Of a DNA stretch of 64,000 nt, positions 37,842 to 47,580 are shown one piece after another (position 1 is the first letter of the stretch; each line of letters opens with the position of its first letter). The translations under genes and the position numbers were made by a program. The notes beneath the pieces were generated by a model. It saw nothing but the letters and a program-made list of their open reading frames with translations. It ran no database searches and was not told where the DNA came from. The stretch comes from Clostridiales bacterium (lineage in GTDB: Bacteria > Bacillota > Clostridia > Ch29). The DNA lies in assembly GCA_012728565.1 (NCBI GenBank), contig JAAYEV010000103.1:11-64010 (forward strand), written 5' to 3'.

Positions 37842-39062
37842 TTAATAAATAAATACATAAAGAATTATTGTGGCCGCTAAGAGAACCAACCAGTATATTT
37901 TGTACTGTCCAAAAAGTTCCTTGATTTCAACATTGAAATACTCTGCAGTAAATACCTGGCACAGGTGCATTGGAGAAATAAAGTAAAACAAGAATGCCCA
38001 TCCATATATCATCGATGTTATATATGCCTTATCGCCGGCGTCCGCAGCAAAGGTAATAAAAAGCGGCAGGAACATGCCTATAACGGCATTACAATTGCCT
38101 GTCAAGAGCCCCATTACTGCAGTGGAAAGCATAATAAGCACCCGCATATCCATACCCGAAGCCATCAAGTTATTTATCGACTGCGGAATTGCCGGCATCT
38201 GTTTAATAAAACCCTGCAAACACATTATACCGGCCACGGCATAAACCATGCTCCAGTTTATCCCCTTGAACATTTCCCTTATAAAATCTTGTTTTCCCTT
38301 ATCTATCAGGAAATATACGATGGCAACCCCTGGAATCAGTGCCAGGTAAAAGGGCAATCCAAAGACCACGTTTGTTACAACTCCCACCCATAACGGGGAG
38401 GTATAAACCAGCACTGATCCTATTCTTTCAACAATGCCTCTTTCAGCCTTACTGACAGGGTCTTCTGCCTTGGATATGCCGTTTCTCATGAACAGCATAT
38501 AGCTCGCGGTTATGGAGACCAATGCCACCGGAATATTATATTTTATTATGGTATAGGGGCTTACCCCGCCAATCTGGCTGGTAAGAATCATAGTGGTGGA
38601 AAAGGGAAACAAAAAAAACGCAATGTGCCTGAAAACAACGTTAATAGCCGCTTTACGCACCTTGTCAAGCCCCAGTTTGTCCCCTACGCTGTCCACCACC
38701 GGTGCCGACATAACTGCACCCCCTGGAATAGAAAGCACACCTACCAATAACGGCAGGAACATCATTGAAATCTTGTTGTTATTAAAAAGGTCCTCCAATG
38801 AATCCGCCATTTTATCCAATATGCCATATTTCTGCAGCACGGAGCTTAAGATGCAGATTACCGCAATCACTGCGAATAACTCAACTGTCGGTCTTTCCAT
38901 GATTGATTTTAAAACTGCAGTCACAACCTCCAGTGGAGTAAAGCCGGCTATAAAACCCATGACAACTGCCGCTGTAAGCATTGTAGTGCCAATATGGACT
39001 TTTTTATAAAGCAGAGCAATTATTATCAAAAATGCAGCTGCTAATGCTATTAACTCCCTCAC
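37842..39062 (-). CDS. polytopic membrane permease (DUF401/ion-transporter superfamily-like)
   Basis: 406 aa with about 10-12 TM helices and an internal repeat architecture. Co-directional, immediately upstream of ptb-iorAB. Confidence 0.55.
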   Translation of the reverse strand: MRELIALAAAFLIIIALLYKKVHIGTTMLTAAVVMGFIAGFTPLEVVTAVLKSIMERPTVELFAVIAVICILSSVLQKYGILDKMADSLEDLFNNNKISMMFLPLLVGVLSIPGGAVMSAPVVDSVGDKLGLDKVRKAAINVVFRHIAFFLFPFSTTMILTSQIGGVSPYTIIKYNIPVALVSITASYMLFMRNGISKAEDPVSKAERGIVERIGSVLVYTSPLWVGVVTNVVFGLPFYLALIPGVAIVYFLIDKGKQDFIREMFKGINWSMVYAVAGIMCLQGFIKQMPAIPQSINNLMASGMDMRVLIMLSTAVMGLLTGNCNAVIGMFLPLFITFAADAGDKAYITSMIYGWAFLFYFISPMHLCQVFTAEYFNVEIKELFGQYKIYWLVLLAATIILYVFIY

Positions 39063-39085
39063 AATATAGCCACCCTTTATATGAA

Positions 39086-40174
39086 TTATATATTAAACCT
39101 GAAATTGATTATATCGCCGTCCTGTACTATGTAGTCCTTGCCCTCCAACCTGTACAGGCCCTTTTCCTTCACTCTGGCCATCGAACCGAGGTCCCTCAGG
39201 TCGGAATACTTTACCACTTCCGCCCTAATAAAGCCTCTCTCTATGTCCGAATGAATTTTTCCCGCTGCCCTATGAGCAGTGGTTCCCTTCTTGATGGTCC
39301 ATGCCTTCACTTCGTCCTCCCCGGCGGTAAGGAAGGAAATCAGCCCGAAGTATTCGTACGTCGTCCGGGCCAGCCTGTCTATTCCCGGCTCAGTTATCCC
39401 TGCCTCCTCCATGAACAGTTTTTTGTCCTCCTCGTCAAGGCGGTCAATCTCCACCTCCATCTGGGCGCATATTTCCATAATGGGCATTCCCTTTTCCCGG
39501 GAGTACTTGTACAGCTCCTCCTTTTGCGGGTAGTCGCCGGAGGACAGCTGGTTCTCGTCAATATTTATCACCAGCAGCATGGGTTTTACCGAAAGAAAGT
39601 TAAAAGTCTTGAGGTGCTCTTTTTCCTCATCGTCAAGGTCCAGCGAGTATATCGGCAGTTCCTCCTCAAGGGCGGCCATGCATTTTTTTAACACCGCCAG
39701 TTCTTCCCGCATGGCGCTGTTTATCTTCTTTGAACTTTCTATCCTTTCTATCCTGGTCTCAATAATGCCAAGGTCCGCCAGCAGCAGCTCGGCGTTTATC
39801 GTGTCTATATCCCTTAGGGGGTTTATGTCTCCCTCCACGTGGGCCACGTTTTCGTTTTTAAAGGCCCGTACTATCTGGACAAGGGCGTCCACCCTGCGCA
39901 CCGATTCCAGGAACTGGTTGCCCATGCCCATACCGGCGCTGGAACCCCTCACCAGTCCCGGCAGGTCTATAATCTCCATGGTAGCATAGGTTGTCTTTTT
40001 GGGCTTATACAGGCTTGACAAAAAATCCACCCTTTCATCGGGTATCTTGGCAACCCCGACATGGGCCTGGGTTTTGCCGGACGAAAAGGCGCTTGTTTCC
40101 AGGTCTGAATGGGTTAATAGGTTAAAAAAGGTGGTCTTCCCCACCGTAGGCAGCCCGGTAAGTCCTATTTTCAT
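39086..40174 (-). CDS. ychF: ribosome-binding ATPase YchF (Obg-family GTPase with TGS domain)
   Basis: Aligns along its length with E. coli YchF (GLPTVGKTTFFNLLT, DLPGLVRGSS, NQFL, C-terminal TGS DYIVQDGDIINFRFNI). ATG start at 40174 after AAGAGGGTGA. Confidence 0.9.
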   Translation of the reverse strand: MKIGLTGLPTVGKTTFFNLLTHSDLETSAFSSGKTQAHVGVAKIPDERVDFLSSLYKPKKTTYATMEIIDLPGLVRGSSAGMGMGNQFLESVRRVDALVQIVRAFKNENVAHVEGDINPLRDIDTINAELLLADLGIIETRIERIESSKKINSAMREELAVLKKCMAALEEELPIYSLDLDDEEKEHLKTFNFLSVKPMLLVINIDENQLSSGDYPQKEELYKYSREKGMPIMEICAQMEVEIDRLDEEDKKLFMEEAGITEPGIDRLARTTYEYFGLISFLTAGEDEVKAWTIKKGTTAHRAAGKIHSDIERGFIRAEVVKYSDLRDLGSMARVKEKGLYRLEGKDYIVQDGDIINFRFNI

Positions 40175-40259
40175 AACGTCTATCACCCTCTTACACGCGT
40201 TGTTCTTTTCCTGCATACTATTATAACATATTCTTTACCCGGGATACTTATCCGTTGCT

Positions 40260-41405
40260 TTACTTTTCAACTAGGCCGAACCTTTCTTTTAAGCCCAGTA
40301 CTCTCTTCACCGCCCTGTCAATTGTAGACCGGTCAATTTCACCGTTTCTTAACGCTTCCACCAATGCATCAAAGACGCCTATCATGTTTTCCCTTGTGTG
40401 CCCTACAAGAATCATGTCAACCCCCGCCTTAACCGCGCGTACCGCGGCCTCGCCGGGGCTGTACAGCTTGGTAATCGCCCCCATGTCCAGGTCGTCGGAT
40501 ACCACCACCCCGTCAAACCCGAGCTGTTCCCTCAGTATACCGTTTATTATTTCGGGAGACAGAGTGGCGGGACTACTGGCGTCAACGTGCGGCAGCAGTA
40601 TATGGGCGCTCATTATCGCAGGTACTCCCGCTTCCACCGCTTTCTTGAAAGGAACCAGCTCAAAACTTTGCAGCCTGTCCATTGTATTCTCCACCACCGG
40701 CAGGTCGGTATGGGAATCCACCAGCGTATCCCCATGCCCGGGAAAATGCTTAGCTACGGGAATTATACCCTGGTCCAGCGTACCCTGTATGAAGGCAAGA
40801 CCCATCTTAGATACGGTTTCAGGGTCGCTGCCGAAGGCCCTGTCCCCTATCACTGGGTTTTTGGGATTGCTGTTAATGTCCAGTATTGGCGCAAAGTTTA
40901 GGTTGATACCCATTTCTTTTAGCTGGACCGCCATCTCTCCGGCGGCTTCCCTCACCCTGTCCGGGTCCCCGTCCGCCGCCTGCGCCCTTGCCGAGGGAAA
41001 CTTGCCCCTTTCCCCCGGCAGCCGGTTCACCCGTCCCCCCTCCTGGTCGGCTCCGATTAACATGCCTACGCCCCCGGGGCCGGTTTTCAGCCCTTTCAGG
41101 GCCCCGGTAAGGGCTGCCGTCTGCTCGGCACTCTCAATATTCCTGCCAAACAATATAACTCCGCCAATCCTGCGTTCCTTCAGGAATTTCGCGGTATCCC
41201 CGTCCAGCTCGGTACCTTCAATACCCACCATCAAAAGCTGCCCTATCTTTTCTTCCGGCGTCATGCCCTCCAGCAGCGAATCCAAGGCGGACTTCTGGTT
41301 TTCTGCCCCGGGCTGCTGTTGGGGCGCTAGTTTATCTTCATTTCTCCTGATACATCCTGGGGTAATAACAGCCAGCGCCACTATTAGCAATAGCAGTCTT
41401 TTCAT
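40260..41405 (-). CDS. nagZ: glycoside hydrolase family 3 beta-N-acetylhexosaminidase (NagZ-like) lipoprotein
   Basis: Lipobox ITPGC and GH3 N-domain motifs (KHFPGHGDT, GFDGVVVSDDL). Start at the MKRLLL ATG at 41405 after GGAGGGA. Confidence 0.85.
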   Translation of the reverse strand: MKRLLLLIVALAVITPGCIRRNEDKLAPQQQPGAENQKSALDSLLEGMTPEEKIGQLLMVGIEGTELDGDTAKFLKERRIGGVILFGRNIESAEQTAALTGALKGLKTGPGGVGMLIGADQEGGRVNRLPGERGKFPSARAQAADGDPDRVREAAGEMAVQLKEMGINLNFAPILDINSNPKNPVIGDRAFGSDPETVSKMGLAFIQGTLDQGIIPVAKHFPGHGDTLVDSHTDLPVVENTMDRLQSFELVPFKKAVEAGVPAIMSAHILLPHVDASSPATLSPEIINGILREQLGFDGVVVSDDLDMGAITKLYSPGEAAVRAVKAGVDMILVGHTRENMIGVFDALVEALRNGEIDRSTIDRAVKRVLGLKERFGLVEK

Positions 41406-41427
41406 TATCAAAATCCCTCCGAGTGTT

Positions 41428-42384
41428 TTATTCCTCACAAAATTTGCGCACCGCTTTTCCCCCCAGGTAACTGAACTTTTTGCCCTGCCAAGTGTCCAGT
41501 GCTTCCATTTGCTCCTCTATGTATTCTTTTACCTTCCACCAGCTTGTATCCCAATTGGCCGTAATTGTTTCCTCCTCCGGCGCCCTGCCAATCAGCCTTT
41601 GCACCACGATGTCCGGGCTTAAATGCTCCAGAAAGGCTATAACCCTTCTTGCGTATTCCTCCACCGAAACAAGCCGAATGCTTTTTTCATTGTACAGCCG
41701 GGCCAACAGGGTCCCCTTTACAATATATAGCGAATGAAGCTTTACCTGCTGCACTCCCAGGGCGGACAAGACCTTGGCGTTTTCCACCGCGTCCGCCATG
41801 TTATCCCAGGGCAGGTCCAGTATAAGATGTGCACATACGCCAAAGCCCGCATTCCTTACCCTTAATACGCTGTCTATGAACTCGGCAAGGGTATGGCCCC
41901 TGTTTAGCCTTGAAAGGGTGTGGTAGTTTACCGTCTGAAGCCCCAATTCAAAGGTTGCCTCAATCCCGGTCCGCCCAACAAAATCGCTTGCCTCCGCCAG
42001 GTGACGGTCACTAATACAGTCCGGCCGGGTGGAAATATACACTTCCACTATCCCGGGCATGCAGGCCTGGTCCAGGTAATGGGAAAACCTTTCGGGAGGC
42101 ATATAGGTATTGGAAAAGTTTTGGAAGTAGGCGATGAACTTTTTGGCATTATATTTTTTGCCTATGTACTCCATATTCCGTTCAAGCTGTTCCTTTACCG
42201 GTATCATCTCCGGCAAAGCCTCAAACCCGGCGCCGGATTCGCCGCAAAAAATACACCCGCCGACACCCAGTTCGCCGTCCCTGTTGGGACATGTAACCGG
42301 CAGGTTGACCGGAAGCTTGTACACCTTGCACCCGTGCTTATTTCTCAAATACTCCGAATACACCCTGTACCTGGACTTTAACAT
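41428..42384 (-). CDS. TIGR01212-family radical SAM protein (YtqA-like)
   Basis: Radical SAM Cys cluster CPNRDGELGVGGCIFC and the elongator-like family signature. Confidence 0.8.
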   Translation of the reverse strand: MLKSRYRVYSEYLRNKHGCKVYKLPVNLPVTCPNRDGELGVGGCIFCGESGAGFEALPEMIPVKEQLERNMEYIGKKYNAKKFIAYFQNFSNTYMPPERFSHYLDQACMPGIVEVYISTRPDCISDRHLAEASDFVGRTGIEATFELGLQTVNYHTLSRLNRGHTLAEFIDSVLRVRNAGFGVCAHLILDLPWDNMADAVENAKVLSALGVQQVKLHSLYIVKGTLLARLYNEKSIRLVSVEEYARRVIAFLEHLSPDIVVQRLIGRAPEEETITANWDTSWWKVKEYIEEQMEALDTWQGKKFSYLGGKAVRKFCEE

Positions 42385-42442
42385 GCCTATTTCCCCTCCC
42401 CGATCCGTCCCTTAACAACGCCGTATTACGGGCAACCCTGTA

Positions 42443-43144
42443 TCAATACAGCCGGACCGGCTTAAACCCAAGCCTGTCACAGGAGGTGAGGAGAAACTCT
42501 ATGCCTTCCACCCGTCCCTCCACCGCATCCTTGAAGTCAGGCCCGTGAAGATGCCCGTAGATACATTTGCTTACCCCGTAATCCTTCATCAGTTCCAAGA
42601 ACTCCCTGGAGCCCTTGTCGGTATAAAAGGGCGGGTAATGCAGCATCGCCAGGACCTCACGGCAGTTTTTGCCCTTCAAGCTTTTGAGGGACAGTTCCAG
42701 CCTTCCCAATTCCCTTCGAAAAACCTTATCATCATGCTCGGTAAATTCAGGATTGTCGGGACTAATCCATCCCCGTGTACCGCAGATCCCAACCCCATCG
42801 CAAACAAAGCTGTTATTGTGTAGGAAATATATATCGCAAAAACCCTTGTTTTCCAAGAATTTGTTCATTTTTTTAAGGGTGGTCCACCAGTAGTCGTGGT
42901 TTCCCTTGCATAGAATTTTTTTGCCGTGCAGGCTTGATAAAAACCGGAAATCCGCCTCCGCCTCCTCAAGGTATGTAGCCCAGGACAGGTCGCCGCAGAC
43001 CAGCACCCAGTCGTCGTCGGTTATGGTTTTGTTCCAGTTTTCATCAATTTTTTGCATATAATTCTCCCATCCTCCGCCGAAAACATCCATAGGTTTGTTT
43101 ACGGCCATGGACAGGTGTAAGTCAGAAATCGCGTATATAGCCAT
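42443..43144 (-). CDS. metallophosphoesterase (calcineurin-like)
   Basis: Motifs SDLH, GDLS, GNHDYW and GHLH. Confidence 0.8.
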   Translation of the reverse strand: MAIYAISDLHLSMAVNKPMDVFGGGWENYMQKIDENWNKTITDDDWVLVCGDLSWATYLEEAEADFRFLSSLHGKKILCKGNHDYWWTTLKKMNKFLENKGFCDIYFLHNNSFVCDGVGICGTRGWISPDNPEFTEHDDKVFRRELGRLELSLKSLKGKNCREVLAMLHYPPFYTDKGSREFLELMKDYGVSKCIYGHLHGPDFKDAVEGRVEGIEFLLTSCDRLGFKPVRLY

Positions 43145-43222
43145 ACTGAATTCTCCCGTATTAACCCTTTCACAAGATATTTAAGATGGGGCGTCATGTC
43201 CGCCCCTGCGCTGTGCTTATTC

Positions 43223-44248
43223 CTAAGCTGCCGGCCTCTTCATTGCATACCGCGCCGCGGTATAACCTCCCAAAAAGCCCCCCATGTGAGCAAAATTATC
43301 TATACCCGGGGTGGACAGGCCAATAAATATGTTTATTGCCAGTATTGTTAAAAGATTTGCCATAAAGCCCCTCCTGAAAACCCCCGGCCTTTTCCTGGCG
43401 AAATAAAGCAGCGCCCCCAACATACCGAAAATAGCCCCCGAAGCCCCGGCGGAAACCGCCCGGGTGAATAAAAAGCTGAATACGCTGCCGCAAATCCCGG
43501 CGGCCACATAAATCACCGCAAACCTGTACTTACCATAAACCCGCTCCGCAATGCCCCCCAGCTGGTATAGGGCATAGGAATTGAAGGCGAGATGGGCAAA
43601 GCCCACATGAAGAAACATGGGCGTTACAAACCTCCAATACTGTCCCCTTATTACAAGGGGCGCATACATGGCACCAAACCTTATTAGCACGCCTACATTG
43701 GTGGAGCCCCCCGCCAGCGTCATAAGCAGCCACATGAGTACATTTATGGCAATAATAGCACGGGTTACAACCGGCCTATTCTCCCTTTCAACTCTGTGGA
43801 CGGTTCTTAGGTCCACCGGGTTATACCGTTCCAGCCTATTTTTATCGGCAAAGTCCCGAAGCACATGTCCCAGCTTTTCAAGGCCGTACGCATCCCCCAG
43901 CACCGAACCCCTTTCAATGTCCACCTGAAGGCTGGACAGGGTTATACCGAAAAGTCCTTCTTGCGATATCATTGGCCGATAGCCGTTGAAAAATACGTTG
44001 GCAACCCATGCCCGGGAACAGTTCATACGTCTCATGTATTCCCTGACACCGGGGAAAAGCCGGTAGTCAATAAACTCGTCGTACCTGTCATCGGTAATAA
44101 AAAATACAAGTTCCAAGTCCTCGCCCCTTCTTCGTACAAGGGCGCGAAGGTCCGGCTGTCCCTCAACCTCCAGCAGTGAATACGCCATTTCGTCCATCAA
44201 CCGGGCGGATACGGCATTTATGTACCTGTATTCCAAATCCATTGTCAC
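43223..44248 (-). CDS. rhomboid family intramembrane serine protease with N-terminal cytoplasmic domain
   Basis: Catalytic GASGAIFG Ser motif and a downstream His in a TM helix (FAHMGG), with a six-TM core. Confidence 0.85.
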   Translation of the reverse strand: MTMDLEYRYINAVSARLMDEMAYSLLEVEGQPDLRALVRRRGEDLELVFFITDDRYDEFIDYRLFPGVREYMRRMNCSRAWVANVFFNGYRPMISQEGLFGITLSSLQVDIERGSVLGDAYGLEKLGHVLRDFADKNRLERYNPVDLRTVHRVERENRPVVTRAIIAINVLMWLLMTLAGGSTNVGVLIRFGAMYAPLVIRGQYWRFVTPMFLHVGFAHLAFNSYALYQLGGIAERVYGKYRFAVIYVAAGICGSVFSFLFTRAVSAGASGAIFGMLGALLYFARKRPGVFRRGFMANLLTILAINIFIGLSTPGIDNFAHMGGFLGGYTAARYAMKRPAA

Positions 44249-44292
44249 ACCATCCTAAGCGGCAGGTTAAAGCTGCGGGTATCACCCTTCCG

Positions 44293-44676
44293 CTACCTTA
44301 CCTTAACCGTTTCCTTTTTCTGTCCCTTCTCCGCCCTTTTCTTAATCTTTTTAACAATGTCCGGAACCATATCGATAAGCCTTTCCAGGCCGGTATTCCC
44401 GTTTAGCGGTATTACCGATATGTCCCCCTCCTTTATTACTATAACCGCGGTGGGCGAAATCTTGGCGCCCAGGCCTGCTCCGGCACCGCCCTTCTGGGGT
44501 TTGCTGTCCTTTGCGCTCTCTTCACTGCCGCCGCCGGTGCCCATCCCAAAGGTGACATTAATCACCGGGATAAGAGTTATGGTCCCTACTTCTATGGGCT
44601 CCCCCACAACGGCCTTGGTTGTCAAAAACTCCTCCATTTCCTGAAATATGGTCTTTAGACTACCCGTTAAATCCAT
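44293..44676 (-). CDS. ytfJ: sporulation protein YtfJ (GerW family)
   Basis: VGEPIEVGTITLIPVINVTFGMGTGGG matches the GerW/YtfJ signature. Confidence 0.85.
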   Translation of the reverse strand: MDLTGSLKTIFQEMEEFLTTKAVVGEPIEVGTITLIPVINVTFGMGTGGGSEESAKDSKPQKGGAGAGLGAKISPTAVIVIKEGDISVIPLNGNTGLERLIDMVPDIVKKIKKRAEKGQKKETVKVR

Positions 44677-45274
44677 ACCTTTTACCTCCCTTTACGTTGA
44701 TTCTTTCCAGAAACCTATCCCTTATATATACCGCACCGTGTTTAAATCCTATAAAAACCAATACTACCGGTATTATTACCCCTTTAAGGTATAAATCAAC
44801 CTCAAAGTTTTTACCGGAAAAATCCGGCGTATACTGCAGCACGCCGCTGCAGTGTGCCGAGATACATGCCATAAGCCCCGCGGCCATGCCTGTGTATGCC
44901 GGGTCTTCAAAGCCAAGTATAAGCTTGAGTGTCCCTTGTTTTCCCATGGTCGTTTTTATAATGTCCCGGACTAAACCCGGAATATATTTAAAATATTTCT
45001 TTTTGGACTTGTATGTTGATATTATACCCGGCGTTTCTTCCCCGCCCCCCACTGGCCGGTCCTTAACGGCAGAGGAACTGTAAAGCGGCAGCCCCAGCGC
45101 TTTGAAAGTCGTAGTACTGTGACCCGCGTGCCCATGGTAACTGCAGCACAAAAGCCCCGCCCCGTAGCATACCCTTCCGTCTATTTCTATCCCTTTGTTT
45201 TTGTTTACCGCCAGGCAAAGCCTTACCGGTATAAGCAGAATCATCAAACTTGCAGCGCCCAGTACCCAGAACAT
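44660..45274 (-). CDS. ytfI: DUF2953 sporulation membrane protein YtfI
   Basis: Overlaps the ytfJ start by 17 nt, with conserved ytfI-ytfJ synteny. ATG at 45274 after GGTGGGGG. Confidence 0.7.
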   Translation of the reverse strand: MFWVLGAASLMILLIPVRLCLAVNKNKGIEIDGRVCYGAGLLCCSYHGHAGHSTTTFKALGLPLYSSSAVKDRPVGGGEETPGIISTYKSKKKYFKYIPGLVRDIIKTTMGKQGTLKLILGFEDPAYTGMAAGLMACISAHCSGVLQYTPDFSGKNFEVDLYLKGVIIPVVLVFIGFKHGAVYIRDRFLERINVKGGKRYGFNG

Positions 45275-45531
45275 GCCCACACCCCCACCGTCGTACCCTT
45301 ATCGCCCCTTGCATTATACCTGATATATTCTTTATTTCCTGTCAAATACCTGCTTGTTATCTACGATTAAATCACCCACAGCCCTATATAATAGGCATAA
45401 TAATTAAGCAGCAGCTTTTTACGCCGCCGCTTAATCCTAAAAAAACGGACAGAAAACGGTGCCGACAGTGTAATTGTGCCCTGCGGCAATAATGAAAGAA
45501 GCGGCCTGGGCTTCGGGCACCATGGTCAAGC

Positions 45532-46395
45532 CTAAAAGACCCCCTGTGAAATGTTCTCCCTTCGGGCGTATATCACAAATATTAGTTGGTCAATGTATAC
45601 CGTTATGACGGTGCTTATAAGGGCAGCGGCCGCCGCTATGGGTATTACTGCAAGCAAAGCCGCCGCCGAACCTATACCCAGTATGGTACCGGCATCCATC
45701 CCGGGAATGCTTATACCCGGCAGGTTTATGTCCAAGTTTATACCGCCAACGCTTAGGCCGCCCTTGCCGCCTTCAGCGCCTTTATTGTTGTTACTCCCGT
45801 CAAATAGGCCCCTTACAAAGACTACCAGAACCATGGGCCAGAAAAATTCCCTGGCAAACCTGTAGCTGTCCCTAAAGGCCTCCGCAACGTCCAGGTCCTT
45901 GTAGGCAAGGGCCGCCTTCCAGGCGCTCAAAAAAACACTTACCACTATCATTGCTATCACCATGCCAATTACCGCCACTATATTTAGCACGGGAATAACA
46001 AAAAGGATAAGCGTCGACAGCCCTATTAATATGAATAATAGGAAAAACAAGAAGCCGCCGGCAAACACCCTGCCGATATACTTTCCTATACCCTCGCTGA
46101 AATCTTTCATGCCAATGCTGTAATCCAAAGCCGCCTTTGAAAAAAGGCCAATCTGGCCGCTTTCCACAACAAGATTTCCAATAAAGGTCACCAGGCCGAC
46201 CATTATCACTGCCAGCGGCATGCCCAGCACTACCTTGCCCTGGAGAATGCCCAAAAAAGCCGACCCAACCATGATAAAAACAAAAACCATGAAAAGTCCC
46301 GCCATAATCAGTCTGGGCACGAACAGTACGAGTCTTTGCTTAACAATCCCAAAGGTTTCTTTGCAGTACATCCACAGTTCCTCAAATTGACCCAT
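45532..46395 (-). CDS. hypothetical polytopic membrane protein with Gly-rich C-terminal segment
   Basis: 287 aa, with about 4 TM helices, a Gly-rich linker and a C-terminal TM helix. No motif recognised. Confidence 0.55.
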   Translation of the reverse strand: MGQFEELWMYCKETFGIVKQRLVLFVPRLIMAGLFMVFVFIMVGSAFLGILQGKVVLGMPLAVIMVGLVTFIGNLVVESGQIGLFSKAALDYSIGMKDFSEGIGKYIGRVFAGGFLFFLLFILIGLSTLILFVIPVLNIVAVIGMVIAMIVVSVFLSAWKAALAYKDLDVAEAFRDSYRFAREFFWPMVLVVFVRGLFDGSNNNKGAEGGKGGLSVGGINLDINLPGISIPGMDAGTILGIGSAAALLAVIPIAAAAALISTVITVYIDQLIFVIYARRENISQGVF

Positions 46396-46499
46396 TTTAC
46401 CCCTCCTATCAGCAGAATATGTAATACTTGGTCGGCCTAATTCTTACAGCATTTATTTTATTATAACATAACCGGTGCATGGGCTGAACCCTTTCCGCG

Positions 46500-47489
46500 C
46501 TACAGCTGAATCTGCCGCAACTGCCGCCCGTACCCGGTTATGTGAATATAGCGTATTCCCCGCCAGTTGTAAAAAACAAGGGGATAGTTATCCCGGTCCA
46601 CGGTATGGCAGGAGATAAGTATCCTGTTTATATTGCCCGGCTCCGGGTTCGCCACCACTATAAGGCAGTGATTGAATGCATCGTCATGGGAAAAGTCAAG
46701 CTGGATAACGTCCCCCAGGTCGATATCCGAGGGGGACACCTCCTGTCCCCTGGGGCCTGTGCCCCTGTTGCCGATAACAAATCGGTAGAAAAACTCCACC
46801 CCGGTCCAGGAAGGGGAACGGTTGTTAAGGCTGTAATAGTACCAACCGGTACCCTTTGTATTGTTCATGGGGCACCCGCCGGCATGCAGCACCTGGGAAC
46901 AAAAGTTGGTACAGTCCCCTCCCAGGTTCTCAAAGTCGTAGTATTTCGGGTTCCTTCCCAGGGCCCATCGGTGTGCGTATTCCAAAGCGGCGCTGCGGTT
47001 GTACTGGTCCACCCTAAGTACCGGCGGATGGTCCTTATGCAGCATCGGATGACACCAGTCGAGCCTGGGTCTTAATACAGGCCACCTCCTCGGCGGGCCT
47101 TCCCCCATTTCGTCCCTGTACCTGTGGGATGTAATGTACCACCGGTTCCCGGTTTTACGCAGCCTAAGCGTGTGAAGCATTCCCCCCATGGCAGAGACGG
47201 TATCCCGGGTCAGCTCGAAAACCACCCTATGCCTCTCTTTAAGTTTAACCCCTGCCCGACCGCACTTAACAATTATCCTGATAAAGTCAAGGGAAAACCT
47301 GTAATCACGGTAACAAAGCCCCAGCGCCTTTGCCCGTTCCAACTCGGAAGAATACTTTTTCTCCTCGGCCTCCATTTCCGTCCCGATACAGTATTCCCCG
47401 AAGGAAACCATCCTTCCGCATCCAAGCCCGTAATAACGCCTTTCAAAGTAACCCCTTATCCTGTCCCTGATGTCTTCCGCCTCGCCCAT
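46500..47489 (-). CDS. putative amidase-domain protein (PF12671-like C-terminal Cys/His domain)
   Basis: The C-terminal half has YYDFENLGGDCTNFCSQVLHAGG and a downstream His (FNHCLIV), typical of the 'putative amidase domain' family. No signal peptide. Confidence 0.6.
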   Translation of the reverse strand: MGEAEDIRDRIRGYFERRYYGLGCGRMVSFGEYCIGTEMEAEEKKYSSELERAKALGLCYRDYRFSLDFIRIIVKCGRAGVKLKERHRVVFELTRDTVSAMGGMLHTLRLRKTGNRWYITSHRYRDEMGEGPPRRWPVLRPRLDWCHPMLHKDHPPVLRVDQYNRSAALEYAHRWALGRNPKYYDFENLGGDCTNFCSQVLHAGGCPMNNTKGTGWYYYSLNNRSPSWTGVEFFYRFVIGNRGTGPRGQEVSPSDIDLGDVIQLDFSHDDAFNHCLIVVANPEPGNINRILISCHTVDRDNYPLVFYNWRGIRYIHITGYGRQLRQIQL

Positions 47490-47550
47490 ATTCCATCCCC
47501 CTTCGCAAGCGCTACTTAAAAATATGTAAGTCCGGATGAAATAATGCCCA

Positions 47551-47578
47551 AATAAAAAAACCCGGCCTTGGCCGGGAG
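47551..47578 (-). terminator. rho-independent terminator
   Basis: On the minus strand, CCCGGCC-aagg-CCGGG is followed by TTTTTTT. Confidence 0.75.
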
Positions 47579-47580
47579 AC

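Noticed and set aside
40255-41622. Long antisense ORFs opposite real genes (e.g. 40255..41622 + 455 aa opposite nagZ; also 54598..55485, 55718..56332, 56735..57655, 52278..53048, 27384..28136)
   Set aside because: They are low-complexity and rich in Ser, Pro, Ala and Thr, with no RBS or recognisable motif. They lie entirely within well-supported genes on the other strand, typical of moderately GC-rich coding DNA.
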